Source: an uncultured Candidatus Binatia bacterium
GTDB taxonomy: Bacteria > Desulfobacterota > Binatia > HRBIN30
Reading direction: 5' to 3'
DNA: 64,000 bases
Assembly (NCBI GenBank): GCA_964371655.1
Contig: CAYJOD010000007.1
Coordinates: 81,145-145,144, forward strand
This document shows, piece after piece, positions 29,292 through 39,687 of this stretch. The translations under genes and the position numbers were made by a program. Below the pieces are notes generated by a model, which saw only the letters and a program-made list of their open reading frames with translations, was not told the DNA's origin and ran no database searches. How positions within the stretch are numbered: the stretch's first letter is position 1; each line of letters starts with the position of its first letter.

Positions 29292-29827
29292 GACTTATCC
29301 TCACACCGCAAATTGTGAGCCTCGGAAGCCAAATAGGGAAGAAACTTTCGTTAAGGTGGCGCCGCCCAGGGCCACGGCAAAGTCGTTGGCGGAGGGCGGG
29401 CGGCGACGAACGACGCGCAGCATGGGCACTCCAATCACCGGCGCAGGCTGAAGTCCTGCGCCTACAGCCCGCGTTTGCGGACTGTTCTGAAATGTAGGCG
29501 CAGGACGGCTTTGCACTTCGATTCGAGTCGGAGGGACGTGTAGGGTGGGCTTCGCCCACGCCGCCAGCAGTTTGCCAGTGAAATGATCCAACGCGTGGGC
29601 AGAGCCCACCCTACGAGAGGCCAAAGTGAGAATAAAAGTGCAAAGCCGCGCAGGACTTCAGCCTGCGCCGCGATGTTGATCCCTGCGCGCGGGGCTCCGT
29701 CAGCGACTTCGCCGTGGCCCTGTGGCGTCGCCGGCACCGGCTGGCGTTACCTTCGGAGCGCGCGCAAGACTTACGCCGGATCGGCTCCTACGTCCCCATG
29801 AATCCGCGTAAACAGGAGGAGGACACG

Positions 29828-31534
29828 ATGAGTACCATCACCGGTGGCGAGCTGCTGGCACGTTGTCTCGCCAATGAAGGCGTAAAGTTCTTGTTTGGGC
29901 TGCCGTCTCCGGAGATCGATCCGCTGCTCGCGCAACTCGGTGCTCACGGCATCCGGCTCTTTCCCGTGCGCCACGAAGCGGCGGGGGTGCACATGGCCGA
30001 GGGGCTCTACAAGACGACCGGACAGGTGGCGGCAGTCCTCGGCAACCCCGGCCCCGGCTCCGCCAATCTCCTGCCGGGAGTCATCACGGCGCGGCACGAG
30101 GGCGTTCCCGTCTTGGTGATCACCTCGCAGCACCGCCTCGGCATTGTCTATCCGTCGCCACCGTCGACCTTCCAGGGGCAAGATCAGCTCGACGTGTTCA
30201 AGCCCGTGGTCAAGTGGGGCGGCCCGGTCTTGTCGTGGGAGCGCATTCCGGAAGTCGTGCGCCTGGCCTTCCGCGAAATGTGGACGGGGCGACCCGGTCC
30301 CGTCCACATCGAGTTGCCGGCGCCGTTCCTGTACGCGACCGGCGACGAGCACGGCGCGCCGATCGTGCCGCCCGCGGCCTACCGGGCCTCGAGCCCGCAG
30401 GCTTCCGACGCGCAGCTGCGCCAAGCCGCCGAGTTGCTCGCCAACGCGCAACGGCCGCTGGTGCTTGCCGGGTCCGGCGTCGACCGGGCCGATGCAAACG
30501 CCGCGGTGCTGGAGCTCGTGGAGCTGCTGAACTGTCCGATGATCAGCACCATGGCGGGGCGCTCGTCGGTGCCGCTCGATCATCCGAACTACGTCTTCGG
30601 TTTCGGGCGCGGCGGCGATCTGATCAAGCAGGAAGCCGACGTCGTCCTCGTCGCCGCGTCGCGGCTCGGCAACCTCGACCTCCCGTTCGACAAGTACTGG
30701 GGCGATCCGGCGCGCCAGCGCTTCATCCAGATCGACGTCGACGCGCGCAACATGGGAGTCACGCGCCCGCTGGCTCTCGGCATCGTCGCCGACGCCAAGA
30801 ACGCGCTCGAGGGGCTGGTGCGGGTGCTGCGGGCGATGAAGGCAGGCGGGCGCGACGGCACCGACCTGGCGCGCTACCGCCAAACGGCGCAGGCCTGGTG
30901 GGATGAGCTGTTAGCTCCGGTCGCGAGCTGGAAGGGTCCCGGCATGCACCCGGCGCATGCCCTGCAGGCGATCGGCACGGTGTTCGGGAAGGACGCGGTC
31001 TACACCGCCGACGGCGGCAACACCTCGCTGTGGGCGCATTCGTGTCTGCCGTCGACGCGACCGCGCTCGTATCACAACATCCTCGAGCTCGGCATGCTCG
31101 GCACCGGCATCCCCTCCGCCATCGGCGCCAAGCTCGGAGCGCCGGACCGTGACGTCGTGTGCGTGACCGGCGACGGCGCCGCCGGCTTCAACTTCATGGA
31201 GATGCAGTCGGCGGCGCGCGACGGCGTCAAGATCACGACCATCGTCTTTGCCGAAGGCTCATGGACGATGGAGGAGCCGAACGAGCGCATGCTGTACGGG
31301 CAGACGTTCGGCACCGAGCAAGGAACGGTACGATGGGATCGCGTCGCCGAGGGCCTCGGCTGTCACGGCGAATACGCCGAGCGCATCGAGGACGTCGCCC
31401 CAGCGCTGCAGCGCGCCAAGGCGGCGAAAGGTCCGGCCGTGGTCTGCCTGCATACCGACCGCGACGCCAACCTGGCGATACCGACGGAGCTGATTCTACG
31501 CTTCGCCGAGGTCTATCAGGGGCCACTGGGCTGA
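29828..31534 (+). CDS. Thiamine-pyrophosphate enzyme (acetolactate synthase large-subunit-like)
   Basis: AGGAGG RBS. TPP N-terminal, central and C-terminal domains (GDGAAGFNFMEMQSAARDG TPP-binding motif). Confidence 0.8.
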   Translation: MSTITGGELLARCLANEGVKFLFGLPSPEIDPLLAQLGAHGIRLFPVRHEAAGVHMAEGLYKTTGQVAAVLGNPGPGSANLLPGVITARHEGVPVLVITSQHRLGIVYPSPPSTFQGQDQLDVFKPVVKWGGPVLSWERIPEVVRLAFREMWTGRPGPVHIELPAPFLYATGDEHGAPIVPPAAYRASSPQASDAQLRQAAELLANAQRPLVLAGSGVDRADANAAVLELVELLNCPMISTMAGRSSVPLDHPNYVFGFGRGGDLIKQEADVVLVAASRLGNLDLPFDKYWGDPARQRFIQIDVDARNMGVTRPLALGIVADAKNALEGLVRVLRAMKAGGRDGTDLARYRQTAQAWWDELLAPVASWKGPGMHPAHALQAIGTVFGKDAVYTADGGNTSLWAHSCLPSTRPRSYHNILELGMLGTGIPSAIGAKLGAPDRDVVCVTGDGAAGFNFMEMQSAARDGVKITTIVFAEGSWTMEEPNERMLYGQTFGTEQGTVRWDRVAEGLGCHGEYAERIEDVAPALQRAKAAKGPAVVCLHTDRDANLAIPTELILRFAEVYQGPLG

Positions 31535-31539
31535 GAGAG

Positions 31540-31736
31540 CCAGCTCCCCTGAGACTGTCGATAGATCCGAATGGAAAACAGGAAACGGAAAACCGGGAAC
31601 CGGAAACTGGGCAATGCTCACGCAGAAAGGCGGGTTTTCCATTCTCGGTTTCCGGTTTCCTGTTTTCCATTCTCCGAGCGACGGCCTGTTGCGGAGAAAA
31701 TCGACACTCCCCTCTGGGAGCGGGTTAGGGTGAGGG
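31540..31736 (+). repeat. F1 palindromic element copy
   Basis: gagactgtcgatagatccgaatggaaaacaggaaacggaaaaccgggaaccgg...ttccggtttcctgttttccattctccgagcgacggcctgttgcggagaaaatcgacactcccctctgggagcgggttagggtgaggg. Confidence 0.8.
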
Positions 31737-31795
31737 CTCTTCGCTTCAGGCGGCCCGGCATGTGTTCGGCGAACATCTGACTCAGGACAAACTAG

Positions 31796-33055
31796 GTGAA
31801 CGACCCCCAGTCAGCTCTGGTCCGACTGCTGGTCGCGGCGCTGGTGGGAATGCTCATCGGGCTCGACCGCGAACGCGCGGTCACCCGTAAAGCTCACAAG
31901 CTGTTTGCCGGTATCCGCACCTTTCCGTTGATTGCCCTCGCCGGCGCGGTGCCGATGTTGCTGCTGCCGCAGGTTGGGCCGGCGCTGTTGATCGTCAGCT
32001 TCGTCGCGGTGGGGCTGGTGGCGATCGTGTCCTACGTGCGCAGCTCGGCCACGGGCGATTTCGGCGCGACCACCGAGATGGCAGCGTTGGCGACGTTTCT
32101 CCTGGGGGCCCTCGCCGGTAGCGGCCAGCTGATCGTGGCCGCGGCCACGGGCGTAGCGCTTGCCGTCTTGTTGGTGGCCAAGCCGCGCCTCGAACGCTTC
32201 TCGCGCCAGTTGCCCGAGTACGAGTTGGCTGCGGCGTTGGAGCTTGCCGTCGTGTCGGTGATCGTTCTGCCGCTTGTCCCCAATCGCGGCTACGGCCCGT
32301 GGGAGCTACTCAATCCGTTCGACATCTGGCTGGTCGTCGTACTGGTCAGTGGCTTGTCGTTCTGCGGCTTCGTGACCATGCGCCTGTTCGGCCAAGGCAA
32401 GGGCATGCTGATCGCCGGAGCGGTCGGCGCCATGGTTTCGAGCACGGCGGTGACGGTGACGATGGCGCGCCAATCGGCGACGTCGAAGCCGACAGCCAGG
32501 TTGGCTGCCGCCGCCGCCGTTCTCGCGTCGGCGATCATGGGGGTGCGTGTCGCGTTGCTTGCCGGCTTCGTCAATCCCGGCATCCTGCCGCGCCTGCTGC
32601 CGGTGGTGATCGCGATGGGCGCGGAAGGATTGCTGGCAACGCAGGTGCTGCGACTACGCGCCGGCGGCCCGGTGGCGAGGTCGGCGCACAAGGTGACTAG
32701 CCCGACCAACTTGACCACGGCGATTGCCTTTGCCGCGATCTACACCCTGGTCTTGCTGCTCGTACATGCGGCGCAGGAGTATGTGGGTCCGGCCGCGATG
32801 TACGCCACGGCGGCGCTGTCGTCGCTAGCCGACGTCGATGCCGTCGCCATCGCCTTTGCGCACATGGGTGACAGTTCCGACCAGTTGCGCATCGCGGCTC
32901 TCGGAGTGACGATCGCCCTGGTCACCAATACATTGTCCAAGCTCGCCATCGGGCTGTTCATCGGCCACGGCCAGTTTCGCCGCGACCTGGCCGTGGCTCT
33001 GTCGCTGATGGCCGTCGTCGGAGCGCTCTGCGGCGCCGTCGTCGCGTGGATGTAG
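31796..33055 (+). CDS. MgtC/SapB family membrane protein fused to DUF4010
   Basis: LVRLLVAALVGMLIGLDRERA is an MgtC-type N-terminus, followed by multiple TM helices. Confidence 0.7.
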   Translation: MNDPQSALVRLLVAALVGMLIGLDRERAVTRKAHKLFAGIRTFPLIALAGAVPMLLLPQVGPALLIVSFVAVGLVAIVSYVRSSATGDFGATTEMAALATFLLGALAGSGQLIVAAATGVALAVLLVAKPRLERFSRQLPEYELAAALELAVVSVIVLPLVPNRGYGPWELLNPFDIWLVVVLVSGLSFCGFVTMRLFGQGKGMLIAGAVGAMVSSTAVTVTMARQSATSKPTARLAAAAAVLASAIMGVRVALLAGFVNPGILPRLLPVVIAMGAEGLLATQVLRLRAGGPVARSAHKVTSPTNLTTAIAFAAIYTLVLLLVHAAQEYVGPAAMYATAALSSLADVDAVAIAFAHMGDSSDQLRIAALGVTIALVTNTLSKLAIGLFIGHGQFRRDLAVALSLMAVVGALCGAVVAWM

Positions 33056-33153
33056 GCGGCGCACCGCCAGACGATTTGGCGACGAGGGTCACGATATATT
33101 TGCCTGGACCAAGCTAGCAGAGTAACGTTCCCTCCGTCGGAGGAGGCCACGCC

Positions 33154-33432
33154 ATGATGGACCAAGAGACGGTCGAGAAGCGGAGAATTCTAAAGCAGTC
33201 TGGTTTCCTGCCGATCCCGAGCGTTCAGGTTCGCTTTAGCGTTGTTGAGCGGAAGATCATTTCCAATTCAATCGTGGATCGGATCAACACTGCCGATCTC
33301 GACAAATGGATATCGTCACCAACAACGCCACCGCCGGGATGGCAACTATGGATCGAGGCGAATCCACCTGAAGCCGCCGTGATCTTGGAGGCCGTGAACA
33401 GCGCCCTCAAGTCATTCTTCGAGAATGTTTAG
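33154..33432 (+). CDS. Hypothetical small protein (low-GC island, gene 1 of 3)
   Basis: GGAGGAGG RBS. 92 aa, no recognisable domain. GC clearly below flanks. Confidence 0.5.
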   Translation: MMDQETVEKRRILKQSGFLPIPSVQVRFSVVERKIISNSIVDRINTADLDKWISSPTTPPPGWQLWIEANPPEAAVILEAVNSALKSFFENV

Positions 33433-33964
33433 CAAGGCAGTATTGGCGATCCTGGCGCGTCGGATGCGGCAAATTGTTGATCGCGTCTCGTACAAGCGGA
33501 ACAAGCTCTTACGCCCATTTATCCCCGAGCGCGTGTGGTTACAGCGGGAGATTAGCCGTGTCTATCGGCGATACAATTGGAATGTTGAGGATGCGCGAAC
33601 TGCGAAGGAAAGAGGCATGCTCGATGCCGAACTGTCCATGGATATGGAGGATATGCAGGACAGACTCGATTCCATCGATACGGCGCACTGGGTATATCAG
33701 GCAGTCAGTAACAACGTTCGACGGCCACCCAAGCCGAGCGGTCATGAAAGCAGCGAGTTTTGGGAATATCGTAACGGTCTTTGTTTCCACGTACTCACGA
33801 ACGAAGGAAAGGCCGCGATCCGTCGCGAACTTCGCGAAGAGTTAGGCTGGCGTCGAGAGCAGCGAACCGCGTGGGCATTGGCCATTGGAGCGATCCTGTC
33901 GGCGGTAGCGGCACTCTTCGGAGCGTTAGCTGGAACCCTGATTGCGGGATTGGTGTGCAAATGA
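33425..33964 (+). CDS. Hypothetical protein with C-terminal TM anchor (low-GC island, gene 2 of 3)
   Basis: ATG overlaps the gene-1 stop by 8 nt. Basic N-terminus, C-terminal AIGAILSAVAALFGALAGTLIAGLV helix. Confidence 0.5.
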   Translation: MFSKAVLAILARRMRQIVDRVSYKRNKLLRPFIPERVWLQREISRVYRRYNWNVEDARTAKERGMLDAELSMDMEDMQDRLDSIDTAHWVYQAVSNNVRRPPKPSGHESSEFWEYRNGLCFHVLTNEGKAAIRRELREELGWRREQRTAWALAIGAILSAVAALFGALAGTLIAGLVCK

Positions 33965-34500
33965 CGGATATCGGTGAGGCGATAGACAAGGAATCGACGT
34001 CCCTGCGCGACATCCTAGTTCAGAAATTCAATTGGACGGATGAGTCGTTTGGCCACAGTGGGTTCGCCAGCCTTGGGTATCGCAAGAAGCAGCAGCTCTT
34101 CAGTCCGCGCAAGACATTCGTTCAACGATTGATCGGCGGAAGCTCGGGCCGGGCGATCCCTGTCGCCGAAGTGATCGCGGTCGGTAGTCTTCTGAAGTTT
34201 TCGATTCCCGCCGCAGAGGCTCGGGGCACTGCCGACTTTTCTTGGTGGCGCGGCATGTTCGACCGAGAAGTGCGCTACTCGACTATCTCGCACGGCTTGG
34301 TGTTTGATCGCTGGGTCGCATTTCGAGGATTACAGACGGGTGGATTTGACTTCGATGTGTCGTACCTAGATGGCGATGTTGCCGCCAGAATCCCGACGAC
34401 GGTCCTAGTTGCCGTCGACTGGATTCGATTGGCGCCCAACGAAGCCGCCCATCGGAGCCTTGTCGAATTGTTCAAGTCAATTGGCACCGGCGTGCCGTGA
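33961..34500 (+). CDS. Hypothetical protein (low-GC island, gene 3 of 3)
   Basis: ATGA overlap with gene 2. 179 aa, no recognisable domain. Confidence 0.5.
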   Translation: MTDIGEAIDKESTSLRDILVQKFNWTDESFGHSGFASLGYRKKQQLFSPRKTFVQRLIGGSSGRAIPVAEVIAVGSLLKFSIPAAEARGTADFSWWRGMFDREVRYSTISHGLVFDRWVAFRGLQTGGFDFDVSYLDGDVAARIPTTVLVAVDWIRLAPNEAAHRSLVELFKSIGTGVP

Positions 34501-34762
34501 CGCAGGACGGGAGAATGAGCAGCTTATTGAGCCTCGTGAAATATGTTGACAGCGAACCGCCCTTCGATACGCCGCCAAGCACCAAGCTCTAGCAGGGAGG
34601 GGCATTGGGGAAGGTGGATCGTCATGGAGATCTGGCGGCGTAGGAACAACCCACGTAAGTCCGCAGTCGATTTCAAGAGAGCTCTGTGAGTCACTCGCTC
34701 ATAAGACACCACGATCGAGTTACGTGAGATACGTTCGTCCCCAAGTGCCTTGCCGCTTGCGT

Positions 34763-35194
34763 TCACGCCGCCTTGTCGATCTCGACGCGCAGCACTAGGC
34801 CGAGCGCACTCAAGACAGCCTCGACCTGATCGAGCTTCGAGGCGTGTCGCAGATCCAAGACACGATCGACCTGCGGCAAGTGCCACCCCAGCCGGCGCGC
34901 GAGCTCCGCCTTGCCCATGCGGCGATGGCGCATTTCCTGATAGGCAGCCAACTTCATGCACGACAGTGGAGAGGGGCGGGTGACTCGCGTTCCCTTCTTC
35001 GTACGACTCGGCACCGGCAAGTCTCTGCCATCCCTGACGTAGGATGCGAGGACGGTTTCGAGTGCGTCGACCGCTCTCTGTAGAGCCTCGGACTCACCCT
35101 CTCCCTCGGTGACTCCCGGCAGGTCCGCAAACGTGACGGTTACGACGCCGCGCTTGTCCGACTCCAGCCTGACGGGGTATTCAAAGTTGCGCAT
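34763..35194 (-). CDS. hicB: HicB-family antitoxin with C-terminal HTH
   Basis: RNase-H-like N-domain, then KAELARRLGWHLPQVDRVL HTH. Lies downstream of hicA. Confidence 0.75.
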   Translation of the reverse strand: MRNFEYPVRLESDKRGVVTVTFADLPGVTEGEGESEALQRAVDALETVLASYVRDGRDLPVPSRTKKGTRVTRPSPLSCMKLAAYQEMRHRRMGKAELARRLGWHLPQVDRVLDLRHASKLDQVEAVLSALGLVLRVEIDKAA

Positions 35195-35205
35195 CTGCCT
35201 TCCTC

Positions 35206-35394
35206 CTAATCGTCCAACAACCCCAGGTCTCGCTTGATGGCGCGCTCGGTGCCCTTTGCCAATTCGCGCTTACCGCCATGCATCGGCAGTGTTGAAACGC
35301 GGCCGGCGAGACGAACGGTGAGGTGTCCACCTTTGCCGGGCTCGAAGTTCGCGCCCTGCTTCGTCAGCCAGCGCTTGAGCTCGGCGCTCGTCAT
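35206..35394 (-). CDS. hicA: HicA-family mRNA interferase toxin
   Basis: MTSAELKRWLTKQGANFEPGKGGHLTVRLAGRVSTLPMHGGKRELAKGTERAIKRDLGL. Confidence 0.8.
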   Translation of the reverse strand: MTSAELKRWLTKQGANFEPGKGGHLTVRLAGRVSTLPMHGGKRELAKGTERAIKRDLGLLDD

Positions 35395-35559
35395 GGAACG
35401 AGAATAACAGTTCTGTTGTGCAAGGCAACACAACTGTTGCGTGGGCAGCGGAGATCCAGCGGCATCGAATCGATTTCGTGGGACCTCGGCATCGCGGTCC
35501 CACGGAATCGCAGCCGCTCCCTTGATCCGGCGGTCGTCGGGAACGTACTATGGCGCGCC

Positions 35560-36114
35560 ATGCTGATCACAATCTCGGGGACACCTGGAAGCGGCAAGAC
35601 GACGGTGGCGCGGTTGCTCGCCAAGCAATTGGGGATCGCGCACGTCTATGCCGGTGACCTTTACCGCCGTGCCGCCGAGGCGCGTGGGCTGTCCCTCGAA
35701 GCCTTCAACCGCCTGGCGGAGAAGGATCACTCGATCGATCGCGAGCTCGACGCCAGGATGGCCGAGTATGCGCGCCGTGGCGGCGTCATCCTCGAAGGCC
35801 GCTTGGCTGCCTTTCTCGCTTTGCAAGAAGACACCGACGCCTTGAAGGTCTGGCTCACGGCCAGCGACGGCGTGCGCGCCCAGCGGGTCTCGCAACGCGA
35901 GGGCGGTGATCAGCGCGAGCAGCTGCGCGTCAACGACGAACGCCAGCGCTCCGATGCGCGGCGCTACCTTGAGATCTACGGATTCGATCTCGAAGACATC
36001 TCCATCTACGATCTCATCCTCTATAGTGATGACCAGTCGCCCGAATCCTTGGCCGAGACCATCGCGCGCCAAGCGCGCCAAAGGTTCGGCCCGCAGGCGG
36101 CGACGAACGAATGA
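35560..36114 (+). CDS. Cytidylate kinase-like (archaeal-type CMP kinase family) P-loop protein
   Basis: MLITISGTPGSGKTTVARLLA P-loop. 184 aa. Stop overlaps the rel start. Confidence 0.7.
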   Translation: MLITISGTPGSGKTTVARLLAKQLGIAHVYAGDLYRRAAEARGLSLEAFNRLAEKDHSIDRELDARMAEYARRGGVILEGRLAAFLALQEDTDALKVWLTASDGVRAQRVSQREGGDQREQLRVNDERQRSDARRYLEIYGFDLEDISIYDLILYSDDQSPESLAETIARQARQRFGPQAATNE

Positions 36115-38258
36115 ATCTGAACAGCCTCATCGAGCGCGTACGCGCGTATGACAGCGACGCCGACACCGAGCTGATTCGGCGCGCCTATGACTTCTCCGCC
36201 AAGGTCCATCACGGACAGACTCGCAAGTCCGGCGAGCCCTACTTCATCCACCCGGTGGAGGTGGCCGGCATCATCGCCGACCTCAAGCTCGATGTCCCCA
36301 GCGTCGTAACCGGCTTGCTGCACGATACCGTGGAGGACACTCTCACCACCCTCGAGCAAGTCGAGAGCACCTTCGGCACCGAGGTAGCCACTCTCGTCGA
36401 CGGCGTCACCAAGATCAGTCAGATCAGCTTCAGCAGCCGCGAGGAGAAGCAGGCCGAGAACTTCCGCAAGATGATTCTGGCGATGGCGCGCGACATTCGC
36501 GTGATCCTGGTGAAGCTCGCCGACCGCACCCACAACATGCGCACGCTGGAATCGCTCGCGCCGGAGCGGCAGCACGACATCGCGCAGGAGACCCTCGACA
36601 TTTACGCGCCGCTGGCCCATCGCCTCGGGGTCTATTGGATGAAGAGCGAGCTCGAGGATGCGGCGCTGCATTACCTGCACCCGGAGGTCTACTACCAACT
36701 CAAACGCAACGTCGCCAAGAAGAAGGCGGAACGCGAACGCTACATCCACGAGGTGCTCGCCCTGCTCTCCAAACGACTCGAGGAGCAAGGCATCGACGCC
36801 GAGGTCACCGGGCGTCCGAAGCACTTCTATTCGATCTACCAGAAGATGCAGTCGCAAAATCTGCTCTACGACCAGATCTTCGATGTCGTCGCCTTTCGCG
36901 TCCTCGTCGATTCCGTCGGCCAGTGTTACGAGGCGCTCGGCGTCGTGCACGCCAACTGGAAGCCGATCTCCGGACGCTTCAAAGACTACATCGCACTCCC
37001 CAAGGCCAACATGTACCAGTCGTTGCACACGACGGTGATCGGCCCCTACGGCGAGCGCATGGAGGTGCAGATCCGCACCCACGAGATGCACCGCATCGCC
37101 GAGTCCGGGATCGCCGCGCACTGGCGCTACAAAGGCGGCGGCCGCGCCAGCGAAGAGGATGCGGAGAAGTTTACCTGGCTGCGCCAACTGCTCGAGTGGC
37201 AACAGAACGAGCAGGATCCGCAGGAGTTCCTGCGCTCGGTCAAAGAGGACTTGTTCAGCGAGGAAGTGTACGTGTTCACGCCGAAGGGCGACCTGCTCAA
37301 CTTCCCGGAAGGATCGGGCGCCGTCGACTTTGCCTATCGCGTGCACTCCGAGGTCGGGCACCACTGCGCCGGCGCCCGCGTCAACGGTCGCATGGTGCCG
37401 CTGCGCTACCGGCTGCGCAGCGGCGACACGGTCGAGATCATCACCACCGCGACGCAGACACCCAGCAAGGACTGGCTTGGCTTCGTCAAGACCAGCCGCG
37501 CCAAGCAGAAGATCCGCAACTGGATCAAGTTCCAGCAGCGCACGCGCAGCGTCGCCATCGGGCGCGAAATTCTCGACCGCGATCTGGGGCGCTACCACTT
37601 GGATCTGGCGAAGCTGCGCAAGGACGGCCGCCTCGCCCAAGTGATCGAGGCTCTCTCCCAGCGCGACGAGGAGACGCTGCTCGCCAGCATCGGCTACGGC
37701 CGCATCACCGCGCCGCACGTGCTCAGCAAGCTGCTGCCGCCCGACGTCCTCAAGCAGGGACCCGCCGAAGACGGAGCGCTACGCCGACTGTTCCGCACGA
37801 TCACGCGCCAGAAGGACAATTCCGGCGTGCGCGTCAGCGGCATCGAAGACATGCTGGTCCGTTTCGGCAAGTGCTGCGCGCCGCTGCCCGGTGAACGCAT
37901 CCTCGGTTTCACGACCCGCGGCCGCGGTGTGACCGTTCACGCCGTCGATTGCCCGCGCGTGCTCGAAAGTGACCCCGAGCGCCGCATCGAAGCGCACTGG
38001 GAAGCGGACGCCAGCGGACCGCGCCAGGTGAACTTGGAGGTCATGTGCATCGACGAGCCGGGACTGCTCGCGAACATGAGCAAAGCGATCGGCAACGTCG
38101 GCGTGAACATCAGCCGCGCCGAGGTGCAGAGCGTGCCCGACAAGAAGGCCATCAACCGCTTCGAGGTCGTGGTCAACCACGTCGACCAGCTCAATCGCGT
38201 CATGCGCGCCATCGGCAAGGTGCGGGGAGTGATGAAGGTCGGTCGCACGCGTGGATGA
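36111..38258 (+). CDS. rel: Bifunctional (p)ppGpp synthetase/hydrolase Rel/SpoT
   Basis: HD domain HHGQTRKSGEPYFIHPVEVA, synthetase domain, TGS and ACT regions. 715 aa. Confidence 0.9.
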   Translation: MNLNSLIERVRAYDSDADTELIRRAYDFSAKVHHGQTRKSGEPYFIHPVEVAGIIADLKLDVPSVVTGLLHDTVEDTLTTLEQVESTFGTEVATLVDGVTKISQISFSSREEKQAENFRKMILAMARDIRVILVKLADRTHNMRTLESLAPERQHDIAQETLDIYAPLAHRLGVYWMKSELEDAALHYLHPEVYYQLKRNVAKKKAERERYIHEVLALLSKRLEEQGIDAEVTGRPKHFYSIYQKMQSQNLLYDQIFDVVAFRVLVDSVGQCYEALGVVHANWKPISGRFKDYIALPKANMYQSLHTTVIGPYGERMEVQIRTHEMHRIAESGIAAHWRYKGGGRASEEDAEKFTWLRQLLEWQQNEQDPQEFLRSVKEDLFSEEVYVFTPKGDLLNFPEGSGAVDFAYRVHSEVGHHCAGARVNGRMVPLRYRLRSGDTVEIITTATQTPSKDWLGFVKTSRAKQKIRNWIKFQQRTRSVAIGREILDRDLGRYHLDLAKLRKDGRLAQVIEALSQRDEETLLASIGYGRITAPHVLSKLLPPDVLKQGPAEDGALRRLFRTITRQKDNSGVRVSGIEDMLVRFGKCCAPLPGERILGFTTRGRGVTVHAVDCPRVLESDPERRIEAHWEADASGPRQVNLEVMCIDEPGLLANMSKAIGNVGVNISRAEVQSVPDKKAINRFEVVVNHVDQLNRVMRAIGKVRGVMKVGRTRG

Positions 38259-38309
38259 GCGCAGAGGGAAAGGCCCGTGCTGCAGCCAAGCACAGAGCAG
38301 GAGAGAGGT

Positions 38310-38687
38310 ATGAAGAAAGAGATAACCAGCAGTTTGGCGCCGAAGGCGATTGGTCCGTACGCACAGGCGGTGCGTAGCGGCAACTTGGTTTTCTGCTCCG
38401 GTCAGATCGGTCTGCACCCGGCCACCGGAGAGATGGTGACCGGTGGGGTCGTGGCGGAAACCCAGCGTATCTTGGGCAATCTGCACGCCGTGTTGGCGGC
38501 GGCCGGGGCGACGCTGGACGACGTCGTGCGCACGACGATCTATCTCACCGACCTCGCCGACTTCGCGGCGGTGAACGAGGTCTACGGGATATTCTTCTCG
38601 GCACCGTTCCCGGCACGTGCCACGGTGGGAGTTGCTTCCCTGCCGCGCGGCGCCAAGGTGGAGATCGACGCCATCGCTGCACTCTGA
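38310..38687 (+). CDS. ridA: RidA family reactive-intermediate deaminase
   Basis: YjgF/RidA pattern AIGPYAQAV...VFCSGQIGL...RTTIYL. Confidence 0.85.
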   Translation: MKKEITSSLAPKAIGPYAQAVRSGNLVFCSGQIGLHPATGEMVTGGVVAETQRILGNLHAVLAAAGATLDDVVRTTIYLTDLADFAAVNEVYGIFFSAPFPARATVGVASLPRGAKVEIDAIAAL

Positions 38688-38696
38688 CAGAAACGA

Positions 38697-38722
38697 CAAA
38701 GGCGAGCCCCAGGGCTCGCCTT
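38697..38722 (+). terminator. Bidirectional stem-loop aaggcgagccccagggctcgcctt between ridA (+) and rpmB (-)
   Basis: 10-bp GC stem between convergent gene ends. Confidence 0.55.
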
Positions 38723-38766
38723 CAATTCGACCGTCGACTCGAAACCGTCGACTTCGGTGGCCTGCT

Positions 38767-38958
38767 TTAGGCCGCCTTCGCAATCTTACCGGAACGCAGA
38801 CACCGCGTGCACACCTTGACGCGCTGCACGCCGCCGGAGATCACGGCGCGGACGCGCTGCAGATTCGGCCGCCAGGTGCGCTTGGTCTTGTTGTTCGCGT
38901 GGCTGACGGTGTTGCCGACGGATGGATGCTTGCCGCAGATTTCACAGACACGTGCCAT
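38767..38958 (-). CDS. rpmB: 50S ribosomal protein L28
   Basis: [34 protein letters not shown]. Confidence 0.9.
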   Translation of the reverse strand: MARVCEICGKHPSVGNTVSHANNKTKRTWRPNLQRVRAVISGGVQRVKVCTRCLRSGKIAKAA

Positions 38959-39039
38959 GGGTTCACTCCTCGAAGGGCGCCTTCCCTAGCGAAGGTGTTG
39001 GGGATTGTCAAAGGATGGGACCGATCGGGATCAGACCGA

Positions 39040-39561
39040 TCAGACCGATCGGTCTGATCCCCGCCGACGCCCCGCCGCCTTCTGGGCAAGGCGCGTGGTC
39101 GAGTAGCCTTGCGCAAACGGCAGAGAGCGCACTTTGCCTCCCGCGGCGCGTACCACATCGGCGCCGACGATCTGCTCGGGCTTCCAATCGCCGCCTTTCA
39201 CCAACACGTCCGGTTGCAGGAGCTTGATCAGGTCGTAGGGCGTGTCCTGATCGAAGACGGTGACATAGTCGACCATCTCGAGCGCGGCCATGACCTCGCA
39301 GCGGTCTTGCTGCCGCACCAGAGGTCGGCTCGGTCCCTTCAGGCGGCGCACCGACGCATCGCTGTTGAGGGCGACGATCAGCACGTCACCAAGCTTCTTG
39401 GCAGCGCGCAGGTAGCGGATGTGTCCCGGATGAATGAGGTCGAAACAACCGTTGGTGAACACCACCCGCTGCTGGCCCCGGCGAGCCGCGGCGATGCGGC
39501 TCTTGAGGGTCCGCCAAGACGCGATTTTCCGATGCCGCGAGCCAACTCCCATCACATTCAC
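39040..39561 (-). CDS. rfaE: D-glycero-beta-D-manno-heptose 1-phosphate adenylyltransferase (RfaE domain II / cytidylyltransferase-like)
   Basis: [18 protein letters not shown] nucleotidyltransferase motif. The hairpin gatcagaccgatcagaccgatcggtctgatc at about 39020-39062 lies just downstream. Confidence 0.8.
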   Translation of the reverse strand: MNVMGVGSRHRKIASWRTLKSRIAAARRGQQRVVFTNGCFDLIHPGHIRYLRAAKKLGDVLIVALNSDASVRRLKGPSRPLVRQQDRCEVMAALEMVDYVTVFDQDTPYDLIKLLQPDVLVKGGDWKPEQIVGADVVRAAGGKVRSLPFAQGYSTTRLAQKAAGRRRGSDRSV

Positions 39562-39687
39562 TCCACGTGTCTTGCCGATAGCAAACTCGTGCCGTCTGCA
39601 GCAAAGGCCGAGGTTCGATTCCTAGTCGACAGTTGTACGCGCACTGGGTAATTATTTGCGTCAGTATTTCTGAACCAGGAGGACACG

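Noticed and set aside
38960-39062. A tRNA or other RNA gene in the rpmB upstream region.
   Set aside because: The gatcagaccgatcagaccgatcggtctgatc palindrome is too short and symmetric for a tRNA. It is better read as the terminator or operator of the upstream rfaE-like gene.
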